Positions 1 to 9,967 of a stretch of 64,000 nt of DNA are shown one piece after another. The stretch spans positions 32,001-96,000 of the forward strand of contig CAXXVK010000052.1 in the NCBI GenBank assembly GCA_963676915.2, in the 5' to 3' direction. Source of the stretch: Myxococcota bacterium. Lineage in GTDB: Bacteria > Myxococcota_A > SURF-8 > G963663525. The notes beneath the pieces were generated by a model that did no database searches, was not told where the DNA came from, and saw only the letters and a list, made by a program, of their open reading frames with translations. The number at the start of each line of letters is the position of its first letter. Position 1 is the first letter of the stretch. The translations under genes were made by a program, and so were the position numbers.

Positions 1-2
1 CC

Positions 3-2192
3 TTGGGTGCCACCTCGATTACGCCCCGCGTTCCCTCGGGAGCCTTTCTCGGGGGATCGTTCGGACTGGTTCGCTGGGACGATGAAAACGAACTCTTCAT
101 TCCCATCGAAATCGCTGACGAGGATGAAACTCCCGAATTTCAGGTACTGCACATCGTACCGGACCCGACTATGGCATCGTTGCAGTGGGTTGTAACAGCC
201 GATCGTCTACTGATGTTGCAAGTAGGCAATCCCGGACGCCCCGACACGTTGCAGGTCCATTGCAAGGATCTTTCGGGAAGTCTACGAACCTTAGTATTCC
301 GAGGCAGCGAAGCCTATCTGGCGACCAGTTCCAAACTGTACGAAGTCCGTAACAATCCAGGTGCAACGAACAATTGTGTGGTCGAGGATCTGCCGTTTCG
401 GGAATCGATCGTAGATATTACCGCAAACACCAATAAAGCCATGGCAATGATGACCTTCGACAACAACATGGAGCAACGTCACAAGCAACTGTGGATTTAC
501 TCCAACGGACATTGGGCCGACGACCCGGTGTTGTATACAGATGGTTTGATGCAAAACGACATTCGTTCGATGCAAATGACGGATGACGACGAAGTGCTGC
601 TGATTTCTTCCGTAGGCGTGCAGGTTTACGACATATGGGATGACAAACTGACATTTCTCGCCTCGGGAAAAGACGGTTTTCCCGAAGTTGAACTATGGGA
701 TCGAACGACGGATGAGGAAGGCGTAGAGCTATACGCAAGTGACTTCGGCGTGTTCCGCAAGGAAGCAAACGCCACTCGTTGGGAAGTCTTAACGGGACCA
801 CGCTGGCTTCCCGATGACATGGTAACAGCCGTTGGCGTATCCAACGAAACAACACAGCACGAAGCGAGCGAACAGGCAAAAGCCGTCTATCCGATCTTCG
901 CGGCGACACGCTCCGATGACACTACCAATGCAAAATCCGGTCTGGCGTTTATTCATCGAGAAGAATGGAAACTCAAAGATAAAGAAGCCATTTTCCGCAA
1001 GAATATCGAGGACCTCCACCGGCGGATGAACGCTTTCGTAGCTCCGTTGGATCTTCCCTACTCCGGCTCGCTGGAATTGGCCGAACCTCGGATCATGTCC
1101 CGCGAGGGATTGTGGTCGGGACTGTATGTGCTGGCCGAAATCTGCCGCTATCGTGAAACCACCGGAGAAGACGAACGCCTCAGTGTCAAGGAAAACGCAT
1201 GGCCTATCATCTCGAAAATCCTCGAGATGGAAAAAGCGACTTTGGATGAAAACGCCGACGGCGGCTATCTCCCCGCGACGTACGCGCCTGTGGAAGACGC
1301 TACGGGAAACGGCTGGCATAAAGGAGATAAGAACGCCTGGCTCGAAGGGACAGACGCTGCCTCGCTAGTAGGCTGGGTCATGGCACTGTCTCTGTTCCAT
1401 GAAGAAATGGCCGACGACGATCAAAAAGCCGCCATCGAAAACCTGCTGCTGCGCGTTGCCATTTATCTTGCCAACAACAGTTGGCGCTACATCATTCCAG
1501 GCGGCGATACTCCCGATGGGGCGGATTTCTCCGAAACGATGGTGGAAAACGATAGCTACGGTCCTCTACGCGCCTTGCAGCTTCTTGCGATTTTACGAGC
1601 CATTTATTCGATCACAGAAGATCCCTTTGCGTACGAAGCCTACGTAGACCGAGCCTGGACCGCAACCTACGCTCAGAAAGTTTCCGAGCAGAAAACAGCG
1701 GGATCGGATCGTCAGGCCGACCATGCCGCCGACCTGGAAGCCTTCATGGCCTTTCACCTGCTGCTGCATTATTCCAACTTCGCCGAACTGCGCCCCATGT
1801 ACGAAAGTGCACTGAAATCTAGTTGGGAGTTGGAACGCAACGAGCAGAACCCGTTTTTCAACTTCGTTGCCGGGGCAGTATTTCATGAAAACATCGATGT
1901 CGATGCCGCCATTCTAACCCTTCAAAAATGGCCGCTCGACCTTCTGGATTGGAATCAGAGCACTTGCTGGCGAAAAGATCTTACAGCACTCGACATCGAT
2001 TGGCAGGGTTGGGCGCAAATAGCCGAAAAACTTAACGAATACGAACGTCCGTTGATGCGTCTCGATTCGAATCCCTACCGCTGCGGCTTCGATGCTCCAG
2101 CGGATTCCCCGGAAGGTGGACGAGTGCGGGATTCCGGTGTGAGCTGGTATGTGTCCTACTGGCTGGGACGTTCTCTAGGCTTCATCCTTTAG
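3..2192 (+). CDS. Large hypothetical protein, probably 5'-truncated; N-terminal beta-propeller-like region plus C-terminal helical (alpha/alpha-barrel-like) domain
   Basis: 729-aa ORF open from window edge; propeller-like segments (RWLPDDMVTAV), helical C-terminal half ending ERPLMRLDSNPYR...YWLGRSLGFI. Confidence 0.7.
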   Translation: MGATSITPRVPSGAFLGGSFGLVRWDDENELFIPIEIADEDETPEFQVLHIVPDPTMASLQWVVTADRLLMLQVGNPGRPDTLQVHCKDLSGSLRTLVFRGSEAYLATSSKLYEVRNNPGATNNCVVEDLPFRESIVDITANTNKAMAMMTFDNNMEQRHKQLWIYSNGHWADDPVLYTDGLMQNDIRSMQMTDDDEVLLISSVGVQVYDIWDDKLTFLASGKDGFPEVELWDRTTDEEGVELYASDFGVFRKEANATRWEVLTGPRWLPDDMVTAVGVSNETTQHEASEQAKAVYPIFAATRSDDTTNAKSGLAFIHREEWKLKDKEAIFRKNIEDLHRRMNAFVAPLDLPYSGSLELAEPRIMSREGLWSGLYVLAEICRYRETTGEDERLSVKENAWPIISKILEMEKATLDENADGGYLPATYAPVEDATGNGWHKGDKNAWLEGTDAASLVGWVMALSLFHEEMADDDQKAAIENLLLRVAIYLANNSWRYIIPGGDTPDGADFSETMVENDSYGPLRALQLLAILRAIYSITEDPFAYEAYVDRAWTATYAQKVSEQKTAGSDRQADHAADLEAFMAFHLLLHYSNFAELRPMYESALKSSWELERNEQNPFFNFVAGAVFHENIDVDAAILTLQKWPLDLLDWNQSTCWRKDLTALDIDWQGWAQIAEKLNEYERPLMRLDSNPYRCGFDAPADSPEGGRVRDSGVSWYVSYWLGRSLGFIL

Positions 2193-2208
2193 AAAGGCAA
2201 GGATTTCC

Positions 2209-3177
2209 ATGGCTTCGGCCACACCTCTGAGCGAACTCGGGCTGATTCTAAGTTACCGCTGCAATATGCGCTGTCGCTACTGCCCTGTCTTCAAAAAGCC
2301 GGAAAACATGAGTCTTGAGGTGCTTGAAAAAGCCCTGGAAGTCTTCTGCCAGGAGCCGCCGCCTGAACAACTCCGCTTTTTCGGCGGTGATCCGCTATTG
2401 TCATTCGATCTAGTACGCGAAACCTTCCGCCTGACCAATGAAATCTGTCCCGATCCCGAGCAATTAAATTTCGAACTGACCACCAACGGCTTGTTGCTTG
2501 ACGACGAAATCCTGGAGTTTTTCCATAAAGAGACGCGCTTGGGTGTCGTCATCAGCCTCGACGGATGCCGCGAGGATCAGGAACTCAACCGGCGACCCAT
2601 CCACGACGGCGATGGCTCCTTCGATTTCTGGCCCCATTACCATCATAGTCTGCTAAGCCTTCCTGGCTTCCGCTGGGTCAACATGGTGATTGCCCCGAAT
2701 ACCGCCGCCAACGTTTTCGAGAATTTCTCTTTTCTTGTGCGTGAAGGATTGCGTTCGTTCAATTTTTTACCGGCGTTTTATCAACCCTGGGAAGCTTCAC
2801 AACTGCATGATCTCGAACATGGACTGTCTCTGGTTGCGAGTTTCCTGGAACGCGCGTTAAGAAATGGCAACACGTTTTTCATTCGCAATCTCGACGTCAA
2901 TCTGCCTCACCCGCTGTATCGAACAGGACGGACCGTTGATACGGACGGCGAGGTCTTCGATAGCGATATCATCGTCACAGAACCGTTCATGAGTCATCGG
3001 GAACGTTTTTCACTGGGAAATGTGCTCAACGCACACAGTCCCGACGATTTTTTCGACGCCCCCGAATGGTCCTGGGACGATGCTCACGAGGCATTGATCG
3101 CCCCGGACATCCGAAAAGCCACTGCCCAAGCCGACGAGATCCTGGGAAGATTTGTCGAACGACTGAAAACCATATAA
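2209..3177 (+). CDS. Radical SAM protein (sulfatase-maturase/peptide-maturase-like core, no auxiliary-cluster cysteines)
   Basis: CNMRCRYC CxxxCxxC motif, FFGGDPLL, TTNGLLLD, ISLDG. Confidence 0.9.
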   Translation: MASATPLSELGLILSYRCNMRCRYCPVFKKPENMSLEVLEKALEVFCQEPPPEQLRFFGGDPLLSFDLVRETFRLTNEICPDPEQLNFELTTNGLLLDDEILEFFHKETRLGVVISLDGCREDQELNRRPIHDGDGSFDFWPHYHHSLLSLPGFRWVNMVIAPNTAANVFENFSFLVREGLRSFNFLPAFYQPWEASQLHDLEHGLSLVASFLERALRNGNTFFIRNLDVNLPHPLYRTGRTVDTDGEVFDSDIIVTEPFMSHRERFSLGNVLNAHSPDDFFDAPEWSWDDAHEALIAPDIRKATAQADEILGRFVERLKTI

Positions 3178-3202
3178 TTTCAACTGAAAATGAAAGTGTG
3201 AA

Positions 3203-4651
3203 ATGCCCCCTTCACGTTTCCAAACACCCCGCTTTCAATGGATCGTTCTACTTTTCCTCTTGCTTGTTGTCAGTGGGGTGAATTTTTGGCGGGCAGTGCA
3301 TATCGATCCCGTGGAAATCGATGTCCCTCTTCGGATCATGACGGCCATTTCCTGGTTGGAATCTCCCCATTGGCCGGGAACCGAATTCTGGCTTCCACTT
3401 CACCGGATGCTGCTTGGAGTCTGGCTGGGAATTTTACCGGAAACACCCACGTTCGACACTGTAGCCAAAGGACTGTTGTTCGGACAAGCCTGCTATGTGC
3501 TTCTCGTGTTGTTCGCCTCTCTACTGGCCTATCGGTTGGAAAAAACCTGGTGGTGGATCACCCCCCTTGGCCTGCTTCTTGGACCGCTTTATTGGGAACA
3601 GAGTCTCATCCCCCTCGCAGAACTTCCCGCTACGGTCTTTCTCGTTTGTTCGTTATGGCTGATTCACAAGGCTACGGAACCTCAAAAAAACGCTCGATGG
3701 CTTCTCTTTGCAACCATATTGATCCTATGCGCCGAGATGCTTCGATACGAGCTATGGGCCGTCGTTCCTTTCATCGTTCTCGCCATGCCGAAAAGCCGCT
3801 GGAAATTTTATTTCCTGATCCTTTTGGCCGTTTTCCCATTGATGTGGATGTTCGGACATTGGACGGTTCATCACGATCCACTGTACGGTATCCACAAAGC
3901 GGCAACGTGGCAGCAAGCCAAAGGATTCGAAGCTATCAATGGATTTCAGGAAGGCGCTTCCCGAACGGCATTTTGGCTCAATACCGTAGGTTTCGGTGCA
4001 GGATTGCCAGTGGTTTTACTTGGAATCATCGGTCTATTTTCGTGGAAAACCAGCCGTTGGAAGACCTGGACAGCCGGACTCGCTGTTTTCCTCCTCGCCG
4101 TCAACCTCTTCGGGTTGTTATCGGGCACCAGCCTGCCGAGGTCACGATACTTCCTGCCAGGACTGACCTTGCTGGTCGTTTTCGCACCTTTGGGACTTGG
4201 GATATTGCAAAACCGTTTATCCAATCTTTCAAGACGTTTACAACTCCTTGTCTTAGCCGTCATAGTGGTTTCGATGCTTGTTTCTCCCATGGCGTTTTTC
4301 GCATCATCCCATCGCTATGTCCCGGAAAACCGCCCCTCTTACTCCGACACGCTCGCAAACTCCATCGATACACTCGATAGCAACCTGCCGGTTTCCATCG
4401 TTTCCGCCCAAAATGCGTTTCAATACTTGCTGGCGCTGAAACTCGAAGGAAATCCCTTGGATCGAATCGCGATTCTCGCAACGTTTCCGGACCGTTCTCA
4501 GTTGAAAACATTGTTGCAAGAAAAACCGGCTGGGTTCCTCATCACGACGGCACCGCTTTCCAGTCAAGAACAATCGCTGCTACCCAATCTCAAACGAATG
4601 TCTTTCCCGGACGATAACAACCTCTTTCTGTTTCGATACGGAATACCATAA
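3203..4651 (+). CDS. Polytopic membrane protein, GT-C fold (ArnT/PMT-like) glycosyltransferase candidate
   Basis: Many TM segments; WLPLH loop, LAELP, RYE, RYFLP motifs; soluble C-terminal domain. Confidence 0.65.
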   Translation: MPPSRFQTPRFQWIVLLFLLLVVSGVNFWRAVHIDPVEIDVPLRIMTAISWLESPHWPGTEFWLPLHRMLLGVWLGILPETPTFDTVAKGLLFGQACYVLLVLFASLLAYRLEKTWWWITPLGLLLGPLYWEQSLIPLAELPATVFLVCSLWLIHKATEPQKNARWLLFATILILCAEMLRYELWAVVPFIVLAMPKSRWKFYFLILLAVFPLMWMFGHWTVHHDPLYGIHKAATWQQAKGFEAINGFQEGASRTAFWLNTVGFGAGLPVVLLGIIGLFSWKTSRWKTWTAGLAVFLLAVNLFGLLSGTSLPRSRYFLPGLTLLVVFAPLGLGILQNRLSNLSRRLQLLVLAVIVVSMLVSPMAFFASSHRYVPENRPSYSDTLANSIDTLDSNLPVSIVSAQNAFQYLLALKLEGNPLDRIAILATFPDRSQLKTLLQEKPAGFLITTAPLSSQEQSLLPNLKRMSFPDDNNLFLFRYGIP

Positions 4652-4809
4652 ACCACGGATTTTCTCGGGATTCCCAAGGAACTTCTTCGAATTTCCACTG
4701 AATTGTGATATGAGTCCCGCCAGTACTACATCATTGGACGGCGTTCGGCATCTGTCGTCCAACGATCGGCCGCATTTGTGTTCAACTTTTCTAACATTCG
4801 AGGTGTACG

Positions 4810-5166
4810 ATGGCGAAAATCGGAGTGTTGACCTGCGAAAAAATCAAAGATATCCACTGCATAGGCTGTATCAAATGCCACAAAGCCATTTCGGAGAAAG
4901 TCGGAACCTTCGCCAATCATGACGATGAGATCGAAGTTGTTTTCTGGGCCGGCTGCGGCGGATGCCCCGGACTGTTTATGCCGAAAATGACCATTACCAA
5001 CGAAATGACTGAAAAACTCGGACGCGAATACGATGTCGTGCACATCGGTACTTGCATGGTCAAAGCCGTGAAAACGGCGGGCTGCCCCATCGATCTGGAC
5101 GACATGAAAGCGAAAATCGAGGGCAAATGGGGTAAAAAAGTCATTATCGGAACTCATCCCTGGTAA
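4810..5166 (+). CDS. CGGC domain protein
   Basis: CIGCIKC, GCGGCPG, HIGTC, GCP and C-terminal GTH; RBS GAGGTG. Confidence 0.9.
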   Translation: MAKIGVLTCEKIKDIHCIGCIKCHKAISEKVGTFANHDDEIEVVFWAGCGGCPGLFMPKMTITNEMTEKLGREYDVVHIGTCMVKAVKTAGCPIDLDDMKAKIEGKWGKKVIIGTHPW

Positions 5167-5182
5167 ACAAAAGCTAAACCTC

Positions 5183-5222
5183 AAAAAGCCGAAAAGCCCA
5201 TACGGACTTCTCGGCTTTTTTT
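5183..5222. terminator. Bidirectional intrinsic terminator
   Basis: aaaaagccga...tcggcttttttt hairpin between convergent genes. Confidence 0.8.
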
Positions 5223-5244
5223 GTATCCTTAGAAGGCGATCTTC

Positions 5245-5643
5245 TTATAAGACCTTGATAACTTTCTGAATTTTCTTATCGACTTCTTCAACGAGTTCCT
5301 GCATGGCCTCGTTTTGAATGACCTGGAACATGGCTTTCGGATTCGCCATGGACACCACCACCGAACCGTCATCCTCTTCGAAAACAATCACGTTGCACGG
5401 CAGGATCAGGCCGACAAATGGGTCTGCAGACAATGCGGTGTGGGCCAGTTTTGGCTGGCAAGCCCCCAATATTTTGTATTTTTTGAACTCTATTTCCAGT
5501 TTCGTTTTCAGCGTGTTCGTGACGTCGATTTCCGAAATCACACCAAAATGCTGGGTTTGCATGGCATCGGAAATGCGCTTGACCGCTTCTTCGAAAGAAA
5601 CGCCATCCAGTTTTTTCGTGTAGCCGTACTCGGGATAAATCAT
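5245..5643 (-). CDS. DUF302 domain protein
   Basis: FGVISEID, YKILGACQP, GLILPCNVIV; RBS AAGGAGG. Confidence 0.9.
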   Translation of the reverse strand: MIYPEYGYTKKLDGVSFEEAVKRISDAMQTQHFGVISEIDVTNTLKTKLEIEFKKYKILGACQPKLAHTALSADPFVGLILPCNVIVFEEDDGSVVVSMANPKAMFQVIQNEAMQELVEEVDKKIQKVIKVL

Positions 5644-5837
5644 GGTAACCTCCTTCTCACTTCGTTGTTTCTATAGAGCCAACGTTGAAAACTTACGTTG
5701 CGCTTATCTGAAAAGTTTTCCTCTTGATACTTTTCCCATATTTTACAAAAAATCCTATCAATTGTCATGGAACCTTACCTCCGAGCCATAGACAATCGTA
5801 TGCATCGATGTTGTGGTTCTTTCTCAAGGAGGTTCCT

Positions 5838-6893
5838 GTGGACGCACCGGAAATCATTACGAAAAACAAAAATGCTTACCTCACCCTGTTGACCGATCCC
5901 GAGGCTTACACCCGCCTGGACGAAAAAGACGACGCGATTTTCTACCGAAAACCTCGCATGATCGAACATCTTGATTCGTTGGCGCTATCCACCATCGAAA
6001 CCTTGATCGGCGTGCTTGGACAGTACGAGAATCCCGAAATTCTCGATTTGATGGCCAGTTTCAACTCCCATCTCCCGGAAGATCTCAACCCGTCCGGTGT
6101 TACAGGATTGGGTATGAACCTGGAAGAGTTGGAGAAAAATCAGGCTCTGAGCGAACGCGTGATTCACGATCTGAACCGGAATCCCAAACTTCCTTTCGAA
6201 AATCAGCGCTTCGATATCGTCCTGAATGTTTCGTCGATTCAATACGTCCGAGACCCCGTGGAACTCTTCCGTGAGGTGGGACGGGTTCTGAAACCTGGCG
6301 GATTGTTCCTGGTGATCTTCTCCAATCGCATGTTCCCAACAAAAGCCGTACGCTCCTGGGAACGTGCGCAGGATGACGAGCGGCTGAAAATCGTCGAAGC
6401 CTACTTCCAACGAAGCGGGGAATTCGACCTGACCGAAACCTTCGCCTCCATCGGAAAACCCCGTCCCCAGAACGACAAGTACGCAGGCTACGGTATTCCT
6501 TCCGATCCCGTATACGCGGTATATGCGTTAAAACGCGATCCCGTCGGTCTGGGAATGAAACTCCCTCCGATTACTCTGGAATACGAGGAAGCGCTTGAGC
6601 CCGAGGAGCTGGAACGCCGGATGAGCGAGATTGGCGAAACCGGATGCTGTCCCTACTGCGGCGAGCCTTTGAAGGAATGGGCGATTACGGAAAATCCCCA
6701 TACCACCTGGACCAACAACCTGATGGTCTGCGTCAACGATGCCTGCCCCTACGTGGTTCGCGGCTGGGATGTGATGTTCCGGCAAGGCAACCTGGGAACA
6801 TCGTACCGACTCACCTACAATCCCGAAAACGGTCGAGCCATTCCAGTCCCGGTGCCGAACCTCAACGTCATCAAAAACGAACTCGTCGAATAA
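5838..6893 (+). CDS. Class I SAM methyltransferase (type 11) fused to C-terminal zinc ribbon
   Basis: GTG start after AAGGAGG; DDAIFY..PR..H.D, ILDLMAS, VLKPGG, FSNRMFPTKAV; CPYC...CVNDAC tail. Confidence 0.85.
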   Translation: MDAPEIITKNKNAYLTLLTDPEAYTRLDEKDDAIFYRKPRMIEHLDSLALSTIETLIGVLGQYENPEILDLMASFNSHLPEDLNPSGVTGLGMNLEELEKNQALSERVIHDLNRNPKLPFENQRFDIVLNVSSIQYVRDPVELFREVGRVLKPGGLFLVIFSNRMFPTKAVRSWERAQDDERLKIVEAYFQRSGEFDLTETFASIGKPRPQNDKYAGYGIPSDPVYAVYALKRDPVGLGMKLPPITLEYEEALEPEELERRMSEIGETGCCPYCGEPLKEWAITENPHTTWTNNLMVCVNDACPYVVRGWDVMFRQGNLGTSYRLTYNPENGRAIPVPVPNLNVIKNELVE

Positions 6894-6908
6894 AATCCGA
6901 CTCACCCC

Positions 6909-6938
6909 TTACGGCGGTTTTTGCTAAAACCGCCGTAA
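6909..6938 (+). terminator. Stem-loop, likely terminator
   Basis: ttacggcggtttt-tgct-aaaaccgccgtaa, 13-bp stem just after the stop codon. Confidence 0.6.
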
Positions 6939-7016
6939 CTTTATAGTTCTTTCCAGCTTTGGCTTTCTTTTTGCAAATTCATTCCGTATTTGGATGTTCA
7001 CGGGATGGATCACAAC

Positions 7017-7898
7017 ATGACAACGGCTGCGGAAAAGACTGGCGGACACGGCGTAGAAGCGCTCCATATTCTTCCACTGATCGACTGGTTTACGGCTTCG
7101 GAAAAACTGACGGGTGAAGCAGGAGTTTCCTATCTCTTGCGTACAGGTGAAGCGACCATTCTATTTGACGTGGGGTTCAATCCATCCGGTGAGCATCCTT
7201 CCGCTTTATTACGAAATATGAAAGAACTCGGGGTCGAGTTGGAAAGTATCGACGCCCTTGTCATCTCCCACTTGCATCTCGACCACGTAGGCGGCATCGT
7301 TCCGCAACGGAAAAAAACCTTCCGTCTCTCGGGTGAGCCAGTGGAACGCAGCGAGTGGAAAGGCTACGTTCCGACCGATATGCATCACCCTGTGGTCCCT
7401 CTCCAACAGGTTGAAACTCTTACGGAAATCTTTCCTGATGTCTTCGTGCTTCCCCCTTTGGAACGCGACTTGTGGTTGATGGGAACCATCCGGGAAATGA
7501 CGCTGGCGGTTCGCATCAAAGATTTTGGATTCGTGTTGGTTATCGGCTGCGGACATCCCACCGTTCCACGAATCCTGGAACAAGCCAGGCATGAACTCGG
7601 AGAAATGCCCGTCGCCGTTGTGGGTGGTCTTCATTTCCCTGTCGACGGTTCCCGTATCCGCAAATTCGGCATTCCACTGCAAAAATACCTGGGAACCGGT
7701 CCTCGCCCTATCCCTACTCTCAAGGTGGAAGATGCCCGCGAAGCCGCCGAGCACCTGCTTCGTTGCGAAGTAAAACAAGTCGTTCTTTCCGGTCACGATA
7801 CATCGGACATCGGTATCGAGGTTTTCCGGGAAGTATTGAACGACCGGTTGTCGATTATTCAAGTCGGCAAAACCGAGACGTTTTCGTCCGTCTCTTGA
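7017..7898 (+). CDS. MBL-fold metallo-hydrolase (start uncertain, 6990-7017)
   Basis: ILFDVG, SHLHLDHVGG (HxHxDH), GCGHP, GGLH, SGHD. Confidence 0.85.
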   Translation: MTTAAEKTGGHGVEALHILPLIDWFTASEKLTGEAGVSYLLRTGEATILFDVGFNPSGEHPSALLRNMKELGVELESIDALVISHLHLDHVGGIVPQRKKTFRLSGEPVERSEWKGYVPTDMHHPVVPLQQVETLTEIFPDVFVLPPLERDLWLMGTIREMTLAVRIKDFGFVLVIGCGHPTVPRILEQARHELGEMPVAVVGGLHFPVDGSRIRKFGIPLQKYLGTGPRPIPTLKVEDAREAAEHLLRCEVKQVVLSGHDTSDIGIEVFREVLNDRLSIIQVGKTETFSSVS

Positions 7899-8005
7899 CC
7901 GGCAAAACGTTCCATAAATGAAACACTGTCACAGTAACAGTCTCGTTCCGTGCAACACTCTGTCTTTCAAATCGTGCAATTGATGGATTATCTTTCAAGA
8001 TTTTT

Positions 8006-8021
8006 TGGCACAAGGCATGCA
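8006..8021 (+). promoter_or_regulatory. Sigma54 (-24/-12) promoter
   Basis: TGGCACAAGGCATGCA with exact GG-N10-GC spacing, about 45 bp upstream of the NifX-like ATG. Confidence 0.7.
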
Positions 8022-8065
8022 AATTCATTGTTGCGGATATTGTCAAACCTGAGCGAGTGTACCGA

Positions 8066-8488
8066 ATGAATGTCGCCATTGCCCTATTTGGAAACGAAAT
8101 CTCACCTCGGCTGGATTGCTGCACGAGTCTGGCTTTCGTTTCGCTGGAGGGCGATTGGAGCGACGCGGAACGAATCGATTTCAACAGCCAGGAAGATTTT
8201 CGGCGGCTGGAAATTCTCCTCGACAGGAAAACCGACAAACTTTTATGCGGTGGCATTCGTCGCCGCGACTGGATGCTGCTGAGCGGTTCGGGCGTGGAAA
8301 TCCTCGCGAACCTGACCGGCAGCGCGCAACTACGGTTTCAGGAGTTGAAATCGGGGTTGCTGATACCGGTACTTCCGTCCTGGAAACGGGCGGGCGGTCC
8401 GTGCCGACATAGGCAGGGACGAAACAGACAAGGAGGGCAATCATGCCGGGATATGACAAAACGGGGCCGCAAGGCCAGGGGCCGATGA
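8066..8488 (+). CDS. NifB/NifX-family (dinitrogenase Fe-Mo cofactor domain) protein
   Basis: VAIALFGNEISPRLD, LLCGGI; Gly/Arg-rich tail. Confidence 0.75.
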   Translation: MNVAIALFGNEISPRLDCCTSLAFVSLEGDWSDAERIDFNSQEDFRRLEILLDRKTDKLLCGGIRRRDWMLLSGSGVEILANLTGSAQLRFQELKSGLLIPVLPSWKRAGGPCRHRQGRNRQGGQSCRDMTKRGRKARGR

Positions 8489-8703
8489 CGGGACGAGGCT
8501 TGGGACGCTGTCAAAACGATGGGGAAATTCCCACTCCCGATAAAAACCAGACCGACGAAAACGGAAATCTGCTGGGAGTAGGACGCGGAGGTCGTCCACG
8601 AGGTGGCGGTATGGGTCGCTGCCGAGGCGGTCGCGGACAGGGACGCGGCCAAGGCAGAGGTCAAGGTGGCGGACGAGGCCAAGGCAGGGGAGGCCGTCGC
8701 TGA
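8443..8703 (+). CDS. DUF5320-like Gly/Arg-rich small protein
   Basis: MPGYDKTGPQGQGPMTGRGLGRC signature; RBS AAGGAGG; GRGQG repeats. Confidence 0.85.
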   Translation: MPGYDKTGPQGQGPMTGRGLGRCQNDGEIPTPDKNQTDENGNLLGVGRGGRPRGGGMGRCRGGRGQGRGQGRGQGGGRGQGRGGRR

Positions 8704-8729
8704 TTCTCGCTTCGAACGTCGCTAAAACG

Positions 8730-8763
8730 AAAAATCCCGGATACAAACATCCGGGATTTTTTT
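8730..8763. terminator. Bidirectional intrinsic terminator
   Basis: aaaaatcccggat-acaaac-atccgggattttttt. Confidence 0.85.
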
Positions 8764-8777
8764 ATAACTTCAAAATG

Positions 8778-9952
8778 TTACCGACGGATTTTCAAATCCG
8801 ACAAGGGATAACTGACGCAGCTATGAATGTAGCCCTGCTCCCGGTCGGATTGCCGAATTCCCGTATCCGGCGGCATATAGACCTTTCCTTCCAACAGCTT
8901 TATCCGACAATGACTGCATTCGCCCGAACGACATAACGCAGGCGTCTTGACTCCATGACGTTCCAGCGAATTGATCAACGGTTCTCCGGCTGTTGCTTCT
9001 ATCGTCGGTCCGTTCTCTACCTGCACGGAAAACACGTCGGTTTTCTTGATATCTTCGGGCCATCCAGGCATGGAGGCTGGATTTTCGGGCGGTCCGTAGG
9101 CTTCTTTTCGGATCTTGTGACCGGGAATTTCCAACTCGCGCAGTTCTTGTAAAACGAAATCATACATTGCGTTCGGTCCGCAGAGCATGAACGTGCAGCC
9201 TTCGAGATTCCCGACATGCTTGCGAATCAGATCGGCGGTCAAAAAACCTCTGACGCCCTTGTATTCCTCTTCCGGTTCCGACAGCACAAGCGCGTAATTG
9301 AAACGCGGGTTGTCCTTCGAAAACGCATCGAGTTCCCCGGCAAATACCGTGTCGGCGAGAGTACGGCTTCCGTAGAGCATGTGAATCTTCACCGGCCAGT
9401 TTTTCGAAGCGTGATCTCTCAACAAGCTCATAAACGGTGTAATCCCGCTGCCTCCGGCCAGAAACACAAGGTCACCCCGATCGATCAACGGTTCGTGATA
9501 GAACTGCCCGGCGGGACCGGTCGAAACCATTTCGTCACCGACCTTCACACGCTCAAGCAAAAATCCAGAGACAAAGCCGTCGGGCTTTCTTCGCACGGTC
9601 AGGTCCAGGGTTTCACTTCCCGGTGCGGAAGAAATACTGTAGGGACGGCTGGTATGTACGCCATCGATTTCCACAAACAGATTGACGTATTGCCCAGCAC
9701 GAAACGGCGGAAATTCCCCATCCAGACGCTCGAAACGGAAGGTCTTCGTGCTTGCGGTTTCTTCTATGATTTCAACGACTTTGATTTTCATGTACGACGG
9801 ATGCAGGCGTTGCACCACCCGACGAACAGAGTTTCTGTAGTCGTCGGAGGTGTAATCCGGTCCTTCGGCATCGCGGACGCGACGGGAGCGAAGATTCATT
9901 GGGTCACGTAACGGCCGAGATCTTCCAGCCAGTGAACGAATTCGGAGGCCAT
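8778..9952 (-). CDS. FAD/NAD-binding ferredoxin reductase with C-terminal 2Fe-2S domain (PaaE/Hcr-like); one frameshift near 9899
   Basis: RPYSISS, AGGSGITPF, CGP, CRSGECSHC...C; likely start ATG 9952 after AAAGGA, which joins the main frame if one A is added (CAATG to CAAATG). Confidence 0.85.
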
Positions 9953-9967
9953 ATCGGGTTCCTTTGC

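Noticed and set aside
4703-4720. CRP/HcpR-like site ttgtga-N6-tcccgc upstream of the CGGC gene
   Set aside because: Only one half-site matches; insufficient without comparative data
8066-8488. Nitrogen fixation locus
   Set aside because: Lone NifX-like domain; no nifHDK or nifENB in the window
9890-9952. TGA after MASEFVHWLEDLGRYVTQ as a possible selenocysteine codon
   Set aside because: The downstream reductase is in a different frame; adding one A restores it, so this is a frameshift and not Sec read-through
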